From Mustelus asterias (lineage: Eukaryota): a stretch of 64,000 nucleotides of DNA. The number at the start of each line of letters is the position of its first letter. Positions within the stretch are counted from its first letter, which is position 1. This document shows positions 38,601 to 50,912 of this stretch, one piece after another. The position numbers were made by a program, and so were the translations under genes. The notes beneath the pieces were generated by a model. It searched no databases, had not been told where the DNA came from, and worked only from the letters and a program-made list of their open reading frames with translations. The DNA lies in the NCBI RefSeq assembly GCF_964213995.1, contig NC_135805.1, positions 122,264,001 to 122,328,000 of the forward strand. The letters run 5' to 3'.

Positions 38601-38651
38601 GGACTTGTCGAGTCTGTGAGGCTTGGCCTGGTCCAGGATGATCGACGCCAC
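35649..38651 (-). pseudogene. Gypsy pol (protease, RT, RNase H, integrase) with one in-frame stop at 36738-36740
   Basis: LFDSGS protease, YLDN RT, DASD RNase H, HHCC zinc finger (H..LCH...C..C), integrase VDFKGP / HSDRGSSF / NGQVER. The two ORFs are in the same frame. Confidence 0.95.
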
Positions 38652-38688
38652 CGTTGGTTCGTGGGCGCAACTGCAGGCAGCTGAGATG

Positions 38689-39016
38689 TCATAGAATCCC
38701 TACAGTGCAGAAGGAGGCCATTCGGCCCATCGAGTCTGCACCGACCACAATCCCACCCAGGCCCTACCCCCACATAGTTACCCGCTAATCCCTCTAACCT
38801 ACGCATCTCAGGGACAATTTTTAACCTGGCCAATCAACCTACCCCGCACATCTTTGGACTGTGGGAGGAAACCGGAGCACCCGGAGGAAACCCACGCAGA
38901 CACGAGGAGAATGTGCAAACTCCACACAGACAGTGACCCGAGACGGGAATCGAACCCGGGACCCTGGAGCTATGAAGCAGCAGTGCTAACCACTGTGCTA
39001 CCGTGCCGCCCGTTGA
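38689..39016 (-). mobile_element. HE1-type V-SINE inserted in the Gypsy gag-pol linker
   Basis: TSD TGAGATG at 38682-38688 and 39017-39023. Removing the insert restores the frame ...QQGSSSTISAACSCAHEPTVASIILDQ. Confidence 0.92.
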
Positions 39017-39023
39017 TGAGATG

Positions 39024-40065
39024 GTTGATGACGACCCCTGCTGGTCATTCGCGGTCGGTGCTGACCAAAATGGCTGCCCCCATGGGTCGCACGTGGACGA
39101 TGGCGCCAAAACCTGCGGCCCCTGCAGGTCGCACGTGTCTTGCGACTCCGTCGTTCGAAATGGCGATGTCCTGGAATCGCACTTTGGCGGAAGACCTCGA
39201 AGATGCAGAAGACAAGGAGGCCGGCTCCGGGGAGTCACACGCCGCACTGCTGTTCTTGGATGCAAGTTTGGACCGGCATACCTTGGAATAGTGCCCCTTC
39301 TTGCCGCAGGCGGAGCACAACACTGCTTTAGCTGGACATTGCTGCCGAGGGTGTTTCACCCCCCCCACAGAAGTAACACCGCGGGCCACCTGGAGCTGCT
39401 GCCGTCGTCGGGTCCGAGGCTGGGAACGCGATCGCGCAGTTTTTCGGTCCCGCTGAATGAAGTGGGGTCTGTGGCTGCCCCTGCCACGCTGTCTCCACAT
39501 GGTCGTCGGGGTACATCGCCAGACTTTTGGAGGCCGTTTCTAGAGCGTCAGCTAACTCTATGGATTTAGTGAGATCGAGGTTACCTTGCTCCAACAGCCG
39601 AAGACGGATGTACGACGAGCCGATTCCCACCACGAACGCACCTTGAGCTAGGTCGTTCATGTACTGGTCTGCCGACACTGCCTTGCAGTTGCAGGCTCTG
39701 GCTAGCTGTTGAAGCTCGCACGCGTACTGTTCCGTCGTTTCGCCGGGCTGCCGCCGTCGAGTGGCTAGAAGATATCGAGCATGCATCTCGTTCGGTGGTT
39801 TGTTGTATCGCTTCTTGAGAAGCTCGAGGGCCCCTTTGTAGTCGGTGGCCCCACGGATCACCAGGTATACAGCGTCGCTTACCCTCGCGTGGAGGACCCG
39901 GAGTCTGTCGGCGTCGTTGTTGACCGCTGTGGAGGCGTCGAGGTAATCCTGGAAACACTTCAACCAGTGGTCAAAAGTGTTCGAAGCTCCCGCCGCACGT
40001 GGGCCCAACGTAAGCCGTTCGGGTTTAAGCATTTGCTCCATGTTTTCTTTGTCGTTTTCTTTCAC
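39024..40065 (-). pseudogene. Gypsy gag (frameshifted)
   Basis: ORF 39328-40065 plus zinc knuckles CYFCGG..KHPRQQC and CSACGKKGHYSKVC split across frames. Confidence 0.9.
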
Positions 40066-40097
40066 AAAAAAAAGAATTTATTTGTTGGCAATAAAAT

Positions 40098-40395
40098 TGA
40101 TGCGCGATATAACACACGAGAGGCGTGATGTACTCGGGAAATAAAGGCTTTTATTGCCAACAATAACAGAGCTACCATATACAGTACACGATCCCAGACT
40201 AAAGGGTCACCAGGCAGAGTAGTGACCTTTATACCTCTCCCAGGAGGCGGAGCCGACTGGGGTGTACCATAACAACTATATTAACAGGTAGAACAGCCCA
40301 ACCCTAACCCCAACAGTAACATATATACAGACTCATAGTACTGGCCAGACCATGGCTCAGCACTACCTAGTGGGAACCAACAATGGTTCACCACA
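40098..40395 (-). repeat. 5' LTR
   Basis: TATAAA on the - strand at 40228-40233 and AATAAA on the - strand at 40150-40155. Confidence 0.96.
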
Positions 40396-40401
40396 CTTCT
40401 T

Positions 40402-40522
40402 AAAACAAAGTATTGCAGGTGCTGGAAATCTGAAATAAAAACAAAAAGGGCTGAAAATAGCCAGCTGGGTTTGGCAACATCTGTGAAGAAACGGTGTTAA
40501 ATGTTTCAGCTGTCATCAGAAC
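40402..40522 (-). mobile_element. Degenerate terminal repeat of a second Penelope-like family
   Basis: Similar to 60432-60560. Minus strand has CUGAUGA-cagcu-GAAAC, a hammerhead core with stem II collapsed. Confidence 0.55.
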
Positions 40523-42603
40523 CCATGCACTAATGATGTGGTTCAATGTCAAATTTTGTTTGATAATACTCTTGTTATGTGCCTTGGGACATTTTTTACT
40601 ACACAAAAGGTACTCTTTGAATGCAAGTTATCGTTGTTTCTCTCTCTCCCTCTTGTGTACCTATGTCATTTTGCCACAAGATATCTGAACTTGCACATTC
40701 CAGATATGGTTTCCCTTTTGACTTGTGCAAGGTGAGAATAATTTGTTCTCCTTGAACTTAAATGGATTAAAGTGCAGCCAAGTAACTAATTCACCTAATT
40801 TCTTTGTTTTGCTGTACTGGAAACTGTTGCACGGTTAATTGATCCCAGACATTTTCTGACTTCGCTGGTTCCTTCATTGTGTGCAAGTTTCTTTTTCTGG
40901 TGCGTGCCAATTAGTTTTTGCTACGGTCAAATTATTTGCTTCTTATGCTTATCAAATATCTTGTGTCATCAGAAAACCTTACAATTTTATAGGAAGCACT
41001 ATTACAAATAATGGAAATAGCAGTGCCCTCGAATAGGAACCTGTAGCATTCCATCAATCAATGGTTTCCAAGCGAAAGGGAAAATATTAACACAACTAGG
41101 TGAAGTCTAATTGCTAGCCAGTTATTTTGGACTGGCTTCACCATATTTTTTCTTAGAAATAATGAATATCATCTTTTTCCCTTACTGTTTCTCTCTCATT
41201 GTACGCACACTGCGTGACATATTGCAGCTGCTATCACCACCCATTTTTCTCTCTGCTCTCCCATCACCCGAAAGATTAACTTTGTCCCTGTCTTTCATTT
41301 TGGATGTTGAAGATATGCGTGCCATTCCGTCACTAATTGAAGATCCAGTATCGCTTAAGCTCACCTTAATCTACACCAAGGTGTCACAGAGGGCTGGCTA
41401 GAAGAAGCACCTTTACATGGTTAATCATTGGTCTCAAGTCTGCTGGAACGCCAATAGGGACTTAGGATGCCACAGGTGTCAGCTTGTTAGATCGCATACT
41501 AGCTTTGCTGCAGAGGATTCCATTGCCAGACCTGGATGCAAAAGAAGCCAATGGGCATACACCAAGAATGACCAGGTGCACTGGCAGCCTGCCAGCATGC
41601 ACAATGGCTTGAGAGCAAGGTGGAGATCAGCTCAGGTTGAGGTGCCATGTCTGGAGACCATTCTGTCCAACATGGAGAAAGTAGTCAGCTTTTTCAACAA
41701 CACAATGAACAGCCTCTGTGATGGAGTCTCAGTCACCACATTGACTATTGAGAATGTTGATGGGTTTGTCCAGAGGGTCCAATCACTTTTGTGCTTTGTT
41801 CTTATGCTGAGACACTGCCAAGGGAGAGCAACCTCCTCTCCATGGGAGAGGCACCTGCTGCTCTCTCAGGACTACAACAGAACTATTTTCTGCCCCCCAC
41901 TTGGCCAGTGTCCATAACACCAGTGTTGTTTGAGGCCACCCACCATGACTATTTAGTGGAAGCTCGCCATCCAAGTTGTAACCATTAGGAATACATCTTG
42001 TTGGAGCACTCTGATCAATAAGGATTGCTTAAAGGTGGTTCTTAATTGTTGCTGTTTACATTGTGAAGTTGTGTTGTGTTTCTGCATTTACTGTTGTTGT
42101 TTATAATAAAGTATCTGTAATGTAGAAAAACATCCCAAGGCACTTCGCAGGAAAAACATTTGGCACTAAGTTACAGGTGAGCAAAAGGTTGGTCGAAGAG
42201 GGAGGTTTTAAAGTACATCCTAACGGGAGGGCGAGGTGGAAGGCTTTAGAGCTAATGTTTGTTCCTGTGAAATTTGGTCTGCTCCAGGTCATTGGATGCT
42301 ATTGAGCACTATTGAAAAGTACGACTTCCTAGTTCTTGATGAGGTCCCGAGATAAAACATGGTGATTATTTCATTTTCATTGTGAAGAGAAGTCACTGCA
42401 CAGAATGCAGACATGGCCCATCTTCAGATCTTTTTCGTAGTATTCCAGTTCTTTCTATCCTCCTGGCTAAGTGGTGGTGTACAATTGCTTTTAAAAAATT
42501 TATTCAAGGGATGTGGCTTCACTGGCTAGGCCAGCATTTATTGCCCATCCCTAAATGGGAAGGGAAAGTTAAGGGCCAAAAGATCAAGAGAATAGAGGGA
42601 GCA

Positions 42604-43718
42604 CTTTGGAGGAAATAATAGCAAATTGGATTATTATCTAAATGGAAAAAAATTACAACATGCTGCTGTGCAGAGGGACCTGGGGGTCCTTGTGCATGAG
42701 ACGCAAAAACCCAGTCTGCAGGTGCAACAGGTGATCAAGAAGGCAAATGGGATGTTGGTATTTATCGCGAGGGGGATAGAATATAAAAGCAGAGATGTCT
42801 TGCTGCATCTGTACAGGGCATTGGTGAGGCTGCAGCTGGAATACTGATGCGCTTCTCAAACACGAGGCCAGATGCTCGGTAAATGAAAGGCTTTTATTTA
42901 CTGTAATGAAGCAGCCAGTAATTATATACACTATCCCAGACTGAAGGGGTCCCGGCCAGAGCAGGGACCTTTATACCTCTCCCAGGAGGCGGAGCCCGAC
43001 TGGGATGTACCAAAACACTACAGTAGAAAGGTGTAACAACCCCACCCTAACCCCAACAGCAACAAGTAGCACAACCCAACAGTAACATATGTACATCCTT
43101 GTAGTACTGGCCAGACCTTGGCTCAGTACTATCCAGTGGGAACCAACGATGGTTCACCACAAATACTGTGTGCAGTATTGGTCCCCTTATTTGCGGAAGG
43201 ATATATTGGCCTTGGAAGGAGTGCAGAGAAGGTTCACGAGGTTGATACCAGAGATGAGGGGTGTTGATTATGAGGAGAGACTGAGCAGGTTGGGTTTGTA
43301 CTTGTTGGAATTTAGAAGGCTGAGGGGGGATCTTATAGAGACCTATAAGATAATGAAGGGGCTGGATAGGGTAGAGGTGGAGAGATTCTTTCCACTTAGA
43401 AAGGAAGCTAGAACTAGAGGGCACAGCCTCAAAATAAAGGGGGGTCAGTTTAGGACAGAGTTGAGGAGGAACTTCTTCTCTCAGAGGATGGTGAATCTCT
43501 GGAATTCTCTGCCCATTGAAGTGGTGGAGGGTACCTCGTTGAATATGTTTAAATCACGGATAGATGGATTCCTGATCGGTAAGGGATATGGGGGTTATGG
43601 GGATCTGGCGGGTAAGTGGAACTGATCCACTTCCGATCAGCCATGATCTTATTGAATGGCGGGGCAGGCTCGAGGGGCTAGATGGCCTACTCCTGCTCCT
43701 TTTTCTTATGTTCTTATG
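42604..43718 (+). mobile_element. CR1 LINE (subfamily D) interrupted by a solo LTR
   Basis: ORFs 42626-42847 and 43089-43625 join as LEY|CVQYWSP. Tail cttatgttcttatg. Confidence 0.92.
42845..43161 (-). mobile_element. Gypsy solo LTR related to the full-length element
   Basis: tgatgcgc...ggttcaccaca ends, shared core gacctttatacctctcccaggaggcggagcc, TSD AATAC at 42840-42844 and 43162-43166. Confidence 0.93.
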
Positions 43719-44009
43719 AGCAGCAGCTCTTGAAGAACCAAGAGGGTTTAGTTTCTGAGGGACCTCTGAGCATGGATAAAAGTCAACTCTTGTGTATGCA
43801 CAATTGTAGGGAAATGGTGAAGATGAACTTGGTGTAGATAGAATATTGAACATTTTTTATTCTAACAGAGCTTCAGGTTTTCAGGGAGGAGAGAATGGAT
43901 GGAGGTGAGGTGAACTTTAATCGGGGCTTCCAGCATATCACTGCATTCCTTCACTTTTTCATGCAGAGCAGTGGGAGAGTTTAGGCGTAACCCCATGCTA
44001 GGGCAGATG

Positions 44010-44335
44010 TTGGTGTAGTGATAATGTCAAAGGGCTGGTAATGCAGTGGCCCAGGCTGATTCTTTGAGGCCATTGGTTCAAATCCCACTGCAGCAGCTGA
44101 TGACATTTAAATTCAATTAATAAATCCGGAATCTAGAGCCTGTCTCAATCGTGGTAACCACAAAACTATAATCTGATTCCACTAATGTCCTTTTGCTGAC
44201 TTTTTATCTTGTTTGGCCTACAGATCCAGAACAATGTGGTTGACTCTTAAATGGTCCAACAAGCCACTCAGTTCGAGGGCAGTTAAGGACGGGCAACAAA
44301 TGCCGGTCTTGTCAATGATGTTCGCAATTTGCCAG
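44010..44335 (+). mobile_element. tRNA-headed SINE sharing its tail with the second CR1-group LINE
   Basis: B-box GGTTCAAATCC at ~44075. Tail gggcaacaaatgccggtcttgtca resembles the LINE tail on the - strand at ~44745-44795. Confidence 0.65.
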
Positions 44336-44734
44336 CATGTATGAGCGCAAGTGGTGGGAGGATATATGTACTGAGAGTGTAAAGAAATTGCTGAGCTTTG
44401 ATTTATATTCAAAGGTAAAGTTTCACAATTTATCAGCAACTTCATGATTTTTATTCAGTATTAGAACTATGCTAACATCTTTGTTTTATTTTGTTGAAAA
44501 TCAAAGATAACTGTTCTTTCTTGATGGTTACTTAGCATTTGAGAACAGTGATTCTAGTTAGAATATTTTACTTCTCTCAGTGTCTCTTGCCAATGCAAGA
44601 TGACGGCTTGTACATGTGCAGAAATCTGGCGACGTCACTCCAGCCTGCCGATATTGCTCTACACAAGCACAGACTTTGGCTTGTATGCAATTTTAGGCCT
44701 GCCTATACATAACATGGTGATGTAAAAATATTAA

Positions 44735-46560
44735 TTTTACAGGATGTAGGTATTACTGGCTAGGCCAGCATTTATTGCCCATTCCTGGTTGCCCGTCAGA
44801 AGATGGTGGTGAGCTGCATTCTTGAACCGCTGCAATTCCTAAGGTGCAGGTACACCCATAGTATTATTAGGAAATTTCAGGATTTTAAGCAACGACAGTG
44901 ACGGAATGGCGATGTATTTCCAAGTCAGCATGGTGATGGTTTGGAGACGATCAGCAAGGTGGTGGTATTCCCAGGTATCTGCTGCTCTTGTCCTTCTCGA
45001 TGGTAGTGTTCATGGGTTTGGAAGGTGCTGCCCATGGAACTTTTGGTGAGTTATTTCAATGCATCTTGCAAATGGTATATATGGTTGGCACTGTTCATCG
45101 GTGGTGGGGGGATTGAATGTGGAAAGGGTAGCAATCAAGTGGGCTGCTTTGTCCTGGATGGTGTCAATCTTCTTGAGTGTTGATAGAGCTGCACCCATCC
45201 AGGCAAGTGGAGAGTATTCTATTTGTAGATGGTGGATAGGCTTTGGGGAGTCAGGAGATGAGTTACTCCCCACAGGATTCCTTGTCGCTAACCTGATCTT
45301 GTAGCCATAGTATTTATAGGCTAGTCCAGTTCAGTTTCTGGTCAATAGTAACTCTCCGGGATGTTGACAGTAGGGGATTCAGTGATGGTTGAATATCAAG
45401 GGGTCAAGTCCTCTCTTGTTGGAGATGGTCATTGCTTGGCACTTGTGTGGGGAAAATGTTACCGGGCATTTGCCAGCCCAAGCCTGGATATTGTCCAGGT
45501 CTTGTTGAATTTGGAGATGGGCTGCTTCAGCATCTGAGGAGTGATGACTGGTACTGAACGTTGTGCAGTCCTCCCCACTTCTGATCTTATGATGGAAGGA
45601 AGGTCATTGATGAAGCAGTTGAAGATGTTTGAGGCTTGGGCACTATCCTCAAGTGATGTCCTGGAACTGAAATCATTGATCTTCAACCACCACAAGCATC
45701 TTCCTTTGTACCAGGTGTAACTCCAACCAGTGGAGACTTTCCCCCCCTGATTCCCATTGACTCCAGTTTTGCTAGGGCTCCTTGATACCATGCTCGGTCA
45801 AAAACTGCCTTGATGTCAAGGGCTGTTGCTCTCGCCTCATCTCTGGAGTTCAGCTCTTTTGTCCATGTTTGAGCCAATGCTGTAATGAGGTCAGGAGTGA
45901 GTGGTTCTGGCAGAACTCAAACTGAGTGTCTGTGAGCAGGTTATTGCTGAGGACGTGCCATTTGATAGTGCTGTTAATGACCCTATCCATCATTTTAATG
46001 ATGATCAAGAGTAGATTGAAGAGGCAGTAATTGGGTTGGTTTTATTTCTCCTGTTTCTGGTGTGCAGGACATTCCTGGGCAATTTTCTACCTTGCCGGGC
46101 AGATGCCAGTATTGTAGCTGTACTGGAACAGCTTGGCTGGGAAGTGGCAAATATTAGAGCACAAGTCTTCAGTACTATTGCTGGAATATTGTCAGGGCCT
46201 ATAGTCTTTACAGTATCCAGTACCTTCAGCCATTTCTTGATGTCATGTGGAGTGAATCAAACTGGCTGAAGACTGACATAAGTGATGCTGGGGATCTCCA
46301 AAGGAGGCTGAGATGGATCATTCACTCAACACTTCTGGCTGAAGATTGTTGCAAATGCTTCAGCCTTATCTTTTGAACTGATGTGCTGAACTCCTCCATC
46401 ATTGAGGATGGGGATATTTGTGGAGCCTCCCCCTCCAGTGAGTTGTTTAACTGCCCACCAATATTCACGACTGGATGTGGCAGGACTGCAGAGCTTAGAT
46501 CTGATGAGTTGCTGTGGAATTGCTTAGCTCTATCTATTACCTGTTCTTTGGCATGCAAGC
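44735..46560 (-). mobile_element. Degenerate LINE, second CR1-group family
   Basis: ALDIKAVFDRAWYQGALAKL, FNCFINDLPSIIRSEV and IEYSPLAWMGA motifs. Confidence 0.85.
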
Positions 46561-47804
46561 TGGTGACATCAGAAAGATCACGTACATGTGATATTGAAAA
46601 TTCAGTTGTTCCCAGGGGATGTGTCAGTAGGCACGGGCTATCCTGGGGGAGTGTTGAGCAGTATTTACGGGGATCCCTATCCCCATGCTCCTCATTCCTT
46701 TCCTCCTCTGAAAGACAGGGTGTTAAAGGGAAGTATAAAAATTTCTTCTGCAGACTTCTTGGAAACAAGGATTAAAACGCTAAATCATCAGTCATGAGTT
46801 TGCCTTCCTGTGACTATTGTAATCTGTTGTTGGCAATTTCGTCTGCAAGCTTAATTTATAAAGCAATACTTCCACACTTTCTCCTCAGAGCCTTAGGTGC
46901 TTTCACTCTCTCAAATCCAAAATGTCTTCTCGAAGTCAATTATGGGTAGATAATATGTACGGCTTTCATGCCAGTAGTGGCCTCATCCCATGAGAGGAAG
47001 GGGCAAACTAGGGTGCACCAGACATCAATGTATTGATGACGCAAATTCATACAGTTGATGGTTTGCATCCAACAGGACAGGAACAAGTGAATATAGATGT
47101 TGTTGAGCTGCTTTGTGAAGATTGGAACTTTGTAAAACTTGGGCTGCTTATGGAGAAAAAACAAATGATCCTTGCAGCTTGTCGGTGACCTGAATCTTTG
47201 GATTTTTAAATGTGAAGGTGTTAATGTTACAGCTTGATCCCAAAAAGCCAACCAGGAAGAAACTTTAATTAAGCGCTCAGTGTTGAAACTCAACTGCCCA
47301 GCTGTGACCATTTGAGCAGCACCATCTTTGGTCCTGGCTGCTGCATACGCCAGTCCCCCCCGTCAATGACGTAACTGAACAGTTGAATTGCACAGGCAAG
47401 TATTTGCAGTGCGTTTGTTTCGTCGTGCTGTTAAAAACAAACTGGAATCTAACCCTGAAAACTTTGCAGATTCACTAATATGAATTACATGCAAACAAGG
47501 AACAGTCGGCCATTCAGCCCCTTGAACCTGTTTCACCATTTAATAAGATTATGATTGATCTAATAGCAAATTAAAACTGCATCATGCGTACCCCTGATAA
47601 CCTATCGCCCCCTTGTTTCCCAAGAATCTATGCAACTGTACTTGGTTTTAGTTGGTTATTATTTTTAAACCTCGGTGAAGCTGGTCTGATGAAGGGGAAT
47701 ATTTTCTGGCCAAAATCCAGACTTTCCAAATTGTAATTATGCATTGGTAAAAGACCACGTGATAATGACCATGAGCAGTACGGTAGTTTCAAAGATTACT
47801 GGAT

Positions 47805-48652
47805 AGAGTTATAGAGGTTTACAGCATGGAAACAGGCCCTTCGGTCCAACTTATCCACGCCGCCCTTTTTTAAACCCCTAAGTTAATCCCAATTGCCCGC
47901 ATTTGGCCCTTATCCCTCGATACCCATCTTACCCATGTAACTATCTAAATGCTTTTTAAATGACAAAATTGCACCTGCCTCTACTACTACCTCTAGCAGC
48001 TTGTTCCAGACACTCACCGCCCTGTGTGTGAAAAAATTGCCCCTCTGGACACTTTTGTATCTCTCCACTTTCCCCTTAAACATATGCCCTCTCGTTTTAG
48101 ACTCCCCTTCCTTTGGGAAAAGATATTTACTATCTAACTGATCTGTGCCCCTCATTATTTTATAGACCTCTATAAGGTCACCCCTAAGCCTCCTACGCTC
48201 CAGAGAAAAAAGTCCCAGTCTATCCAGCCTCTCCTTATAACTCGAACTATCATGTCCTGGTAGCATCCTAGTAAATCTTTTCTGGACTCTTTCTAGTTTA
48301 ATAATATCCTTTCTACAATAGGGTGACCAGAACTGTACACAGTATTCCAAGTGTGGCCTTAGCAATGTCTTGTACAACTTCAACAAGACGTCCCAATTCC
48401 TGTATTCAATGTTCTGACCGATGAAACCAAGCATGCTAAATGCCGCCTTCACCACTCTGTCCACTTGTGACTCTACTTTCAAGGAGCTATGAACATGTAC
48501 CCCTGGATCTCTTTGATCTGTAACTCTCCTCAATGCCCTAGCATTAACTGAGTAAGTCCTGCCCTGGTTCAATCTACCAAAATGCATCACCTCGCGTTTA
48601 TCTAAATTAAACTCCATCTGCCATTCGTCAGCCCACTGGCCCAATTGATCAG
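47805..48652 (-). mobile_element. CR1 LINE (subfamily E) 3' part
   Basis: ORF 47910-48659, highly similar to 18180-19020. Confidence 0.93.
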
Positions 48653-48764
48653 GAGACATTCACCAGAATTTGAACCAGAAATCAGAGCTGAATTTCTCAA
48701 CTTGCTGTGGGACCAATGTATTCGCTATCACCTGTTCACAACTACAGAGACTTCAACATAGAGA

Positions 48765-48890
48765 CCGGAATTTTACCCTCACTCCTGTCATGGGAATCGG
48801 AGCGGGCGAGGGACAGACTATGGAAAGGTCCGTTGTCCTTGGGCATGATTTTACGGTTTGGAATAAGCGAGGCTGTAAAATCCCACCCAT
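48765..48890. mobile_element. Short MITE-like element
   Basis: Ends ccggaattttac...gtaaaatcccaccc are imperfect inverted termini. An inverted second copy lies at 58452-58565. Confidence 0.6.
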
Positions 48891-48894
48891 AATA

Positions 48895-49232
48895 TAAGCT
48901 GGCACTCTGCTGAAGTACTGAAGGAGCGCTGCAATGTTGAAGGTGCTCTTTGCCAGATGAGATATTAAACTGAGCCCCATCTGTCATCTGTGGTACTATT
49001 TCGAAGAGCAGAAGAGTTTTCCCCTGTTTTCTTGGCCAATATTTGTTCCTCGAGTAACATCACTAAAGCAAACGATGTGGTCATTTATTTAACTGCTGTT
49101 TGTGGGAGCTAGCTGTGCACAAATTGGCTGTCCCTGTTTCCACAACAGTGACTACTTCAATAAGTATGTCATTAGCTGTCAAAAGCTTTGGAAGGTTGTG
49201 AAGGTGCTGGAGAAGTGGAAGTCCTTTCTTCC
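48895..49232 (+). mobile_element. Deu-domain SINE (SacSINE1/AmnSINE1-like)
   Basis: gaagagcag..gagttttccc...ttggccaatattt...gctgtttgtgggagctagctgtgcacaaattggctg resembles the recalled Deu-domain consensus. Confidence 0.7.
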
Positions 49233-49434
49233 TTCAATAAAACACAGTTTAACTTGTTGAGTCACTTTAGTGGCCTCAGTGGAACGCTGTATGTTACGCT
49301 GCCTAACATCCTTCTTGCACACCATAATCAGTTAGGCTGAAAATTTCCAAATATTATTTATTGATTCTGCCACACAATATTTTTTTAAAATTACAAAATA
49401 TAATCATTTGATAATTTATTTTGATCTGAACTTA

Positions 49435-49810
49435 CCGAGAAGGGAAGGCTGAGGGGAAATTCGATGGAGGTTCTCAAAATCATGAGGGGTCTGGACAGAG
49501 GACATGGGGAGAGACTATTCCGACTCGTAAAAAGGCCGAGAATGAGATTTAAAGTAATTGGTAAAAGAAGCAAAAGTGACATGAGAAAAAACTTTTCACG
49601 CAGCGAGTGGTTGAGGTCTGAAATGCGCTGCCTGGGAGAATGGTAAAGGCAGGATCAATCGAAGTTTTCAGAAGGGTATTAGACTGTTAACTGAAAAGGA
49701 AGAATTATGCAGGGTTATGGGGAGATGATGGGAGAATAACACAAAGTGAATTGCTCATGTGGAGGGCTGATGCAAACATGGCCTCCTCTGCGCCGTAGCG
49801 ATTCTGTGAG
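49435..49810 (+). mobile_element. Old CR1 3' fragment
   Basis: ORF 49464-49646 MEVLKIMRGLDRGHGERLF. Confidence 0.75.
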
Positions 49811-49887
49811 ACAATTAATTTGTCAATCTGCAAGCATGCCTTGCTGATAGTAATTAACTAGTTTACACATTGCATTTACACATTTCA

Positions 49888-50210
49888 TGGTGGCACAGTG
49901 GTTAGCAGCGATGCCTCACAGTTCCAGGGACCCGGGTTCAATTCCGGCCTTGGTTGACTGGGTGGAGTTTGCACGTTCTCCCTGTGTCTTCATGGTTTCC
50001 TCCAGGTGCCCCAGTTTCCTCCCATAGTCCAAAAATGTATAGGTTAGATGGATTAGCCATGGGAAATGTGTGGAATTACAGGGATGGGGGGGGGGGGGGG
50101 GGGGGGGGGGGGTAAATTGCCTGGGGGTAAGAGCCTGGGTAAACTGCTTTGTCAGAGAGTCGGTGCAGAACGACTCCTGGCTTCTTTTGCACTGCAGGGA
50201 TTCTATGATG
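49888..50210 (+). mobile_element. HE1-type V-SINE with internal G27 run
   Basis: Head, V-domain and tail present. Poly-G at 50086-50112. Confidence 0.85.
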
Positions 50211-50699
50211 ATTTTGAGGCCTTCAGAAGGACAGGCTAATTTAGGCAATGATTACTTGCTTCAGCAGCTATTAAATTAATTCCAAATGATAAATGTTTTC
50301 AAAGAAGAATATTCTAAACTAAATATTGATCATACACATCTTAAGTTGTTCTATTAATGGAGATAATGGTATGGTAATATTTGGACTCTTCCAATAATTA
50401 AATGGTTATTTGCTGTTCAAATAATTTGGATGGGTTTGTGAATTGCTTATTTTCAATTAAGGGCTCTTGTGTCGCTTGTTTTGGTGAGTGAACTGTCCTC
50501 AATGACTGGGTGAAGACTAGGTAATAAGGGCAGTGTATATCAAGTCAGTATGCGCGACGTGGACATTAAAATCTTTGGCATACAAACACGCACGCTGAGT
50601 GATATGATATCTATGTTCGAGAAACCTGTAATTGAAATTCTGTCTCTTATTTCTCTATGTGCATAGTCACCACATTTAATCCCAATTTCTTGCCGATAG

Positions 50700-50912
50700 G
50701 ATTCCTTAAAATGCCGACCTAAATCACCAACAAACTGTGCTATTCTTGGCTGGGACTTAAGTGAAGTATACTGGGCTTCTTCACTATCTGAACAGCAAAT
50801 AACTTCCCATGAACAAGAGTCGAAAAGTTCTTCAGGCCACAACAAATGGAGCAACTGCAGAGCCAGCCCTGAACAGGAGGCCGAGGAGGAAATAACAGAT
50901 CACGATGAGGAT
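50700..50912 (+). CDS. Putative Scribble-like linker exon of a long LRRC1 isoform
   Basis: Acceptor tttcttgccgatag| and donor GAT|gtaagg, 213 nt, phase 0-0, open. Encodes DSLKCRPKSPTNCAILGWDLSEVYWASSLSEQQ...EQEAEEEITDHDED, weakly like SCRIB GLSEDSRPSASTVSE...EEDAEEDYQE. Confidence 0.6.

Larger units (their letters stand above)
35350..40395 (-). mobile_element. Full-length Ty3/Gypsy LTR retrotransposon with 5-bp TSD
   Basis: 298-bp TG..CA LTRs, TSD CTTCT at 35345-35349 and 40396-40400, PPT AAAGGAGGGGTGAA on the - strand at 35648-35661, gag-PR-RT-RH-INT order. Confidence 0.97.

Noticed and set aside
41111-41990. 166-aa ORF 41417-41917 and neighbours
   Set aside because: No motif I recognise. 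Possibly decayed transposon sequence, but not assignable.
50667-50699. Upstream AG with a stronger pyrimidine tract for the 50700 exon
   Set aside because: All three frames from 50667 hit stops within ~60 nt, so it cannot be the coding acceptor.
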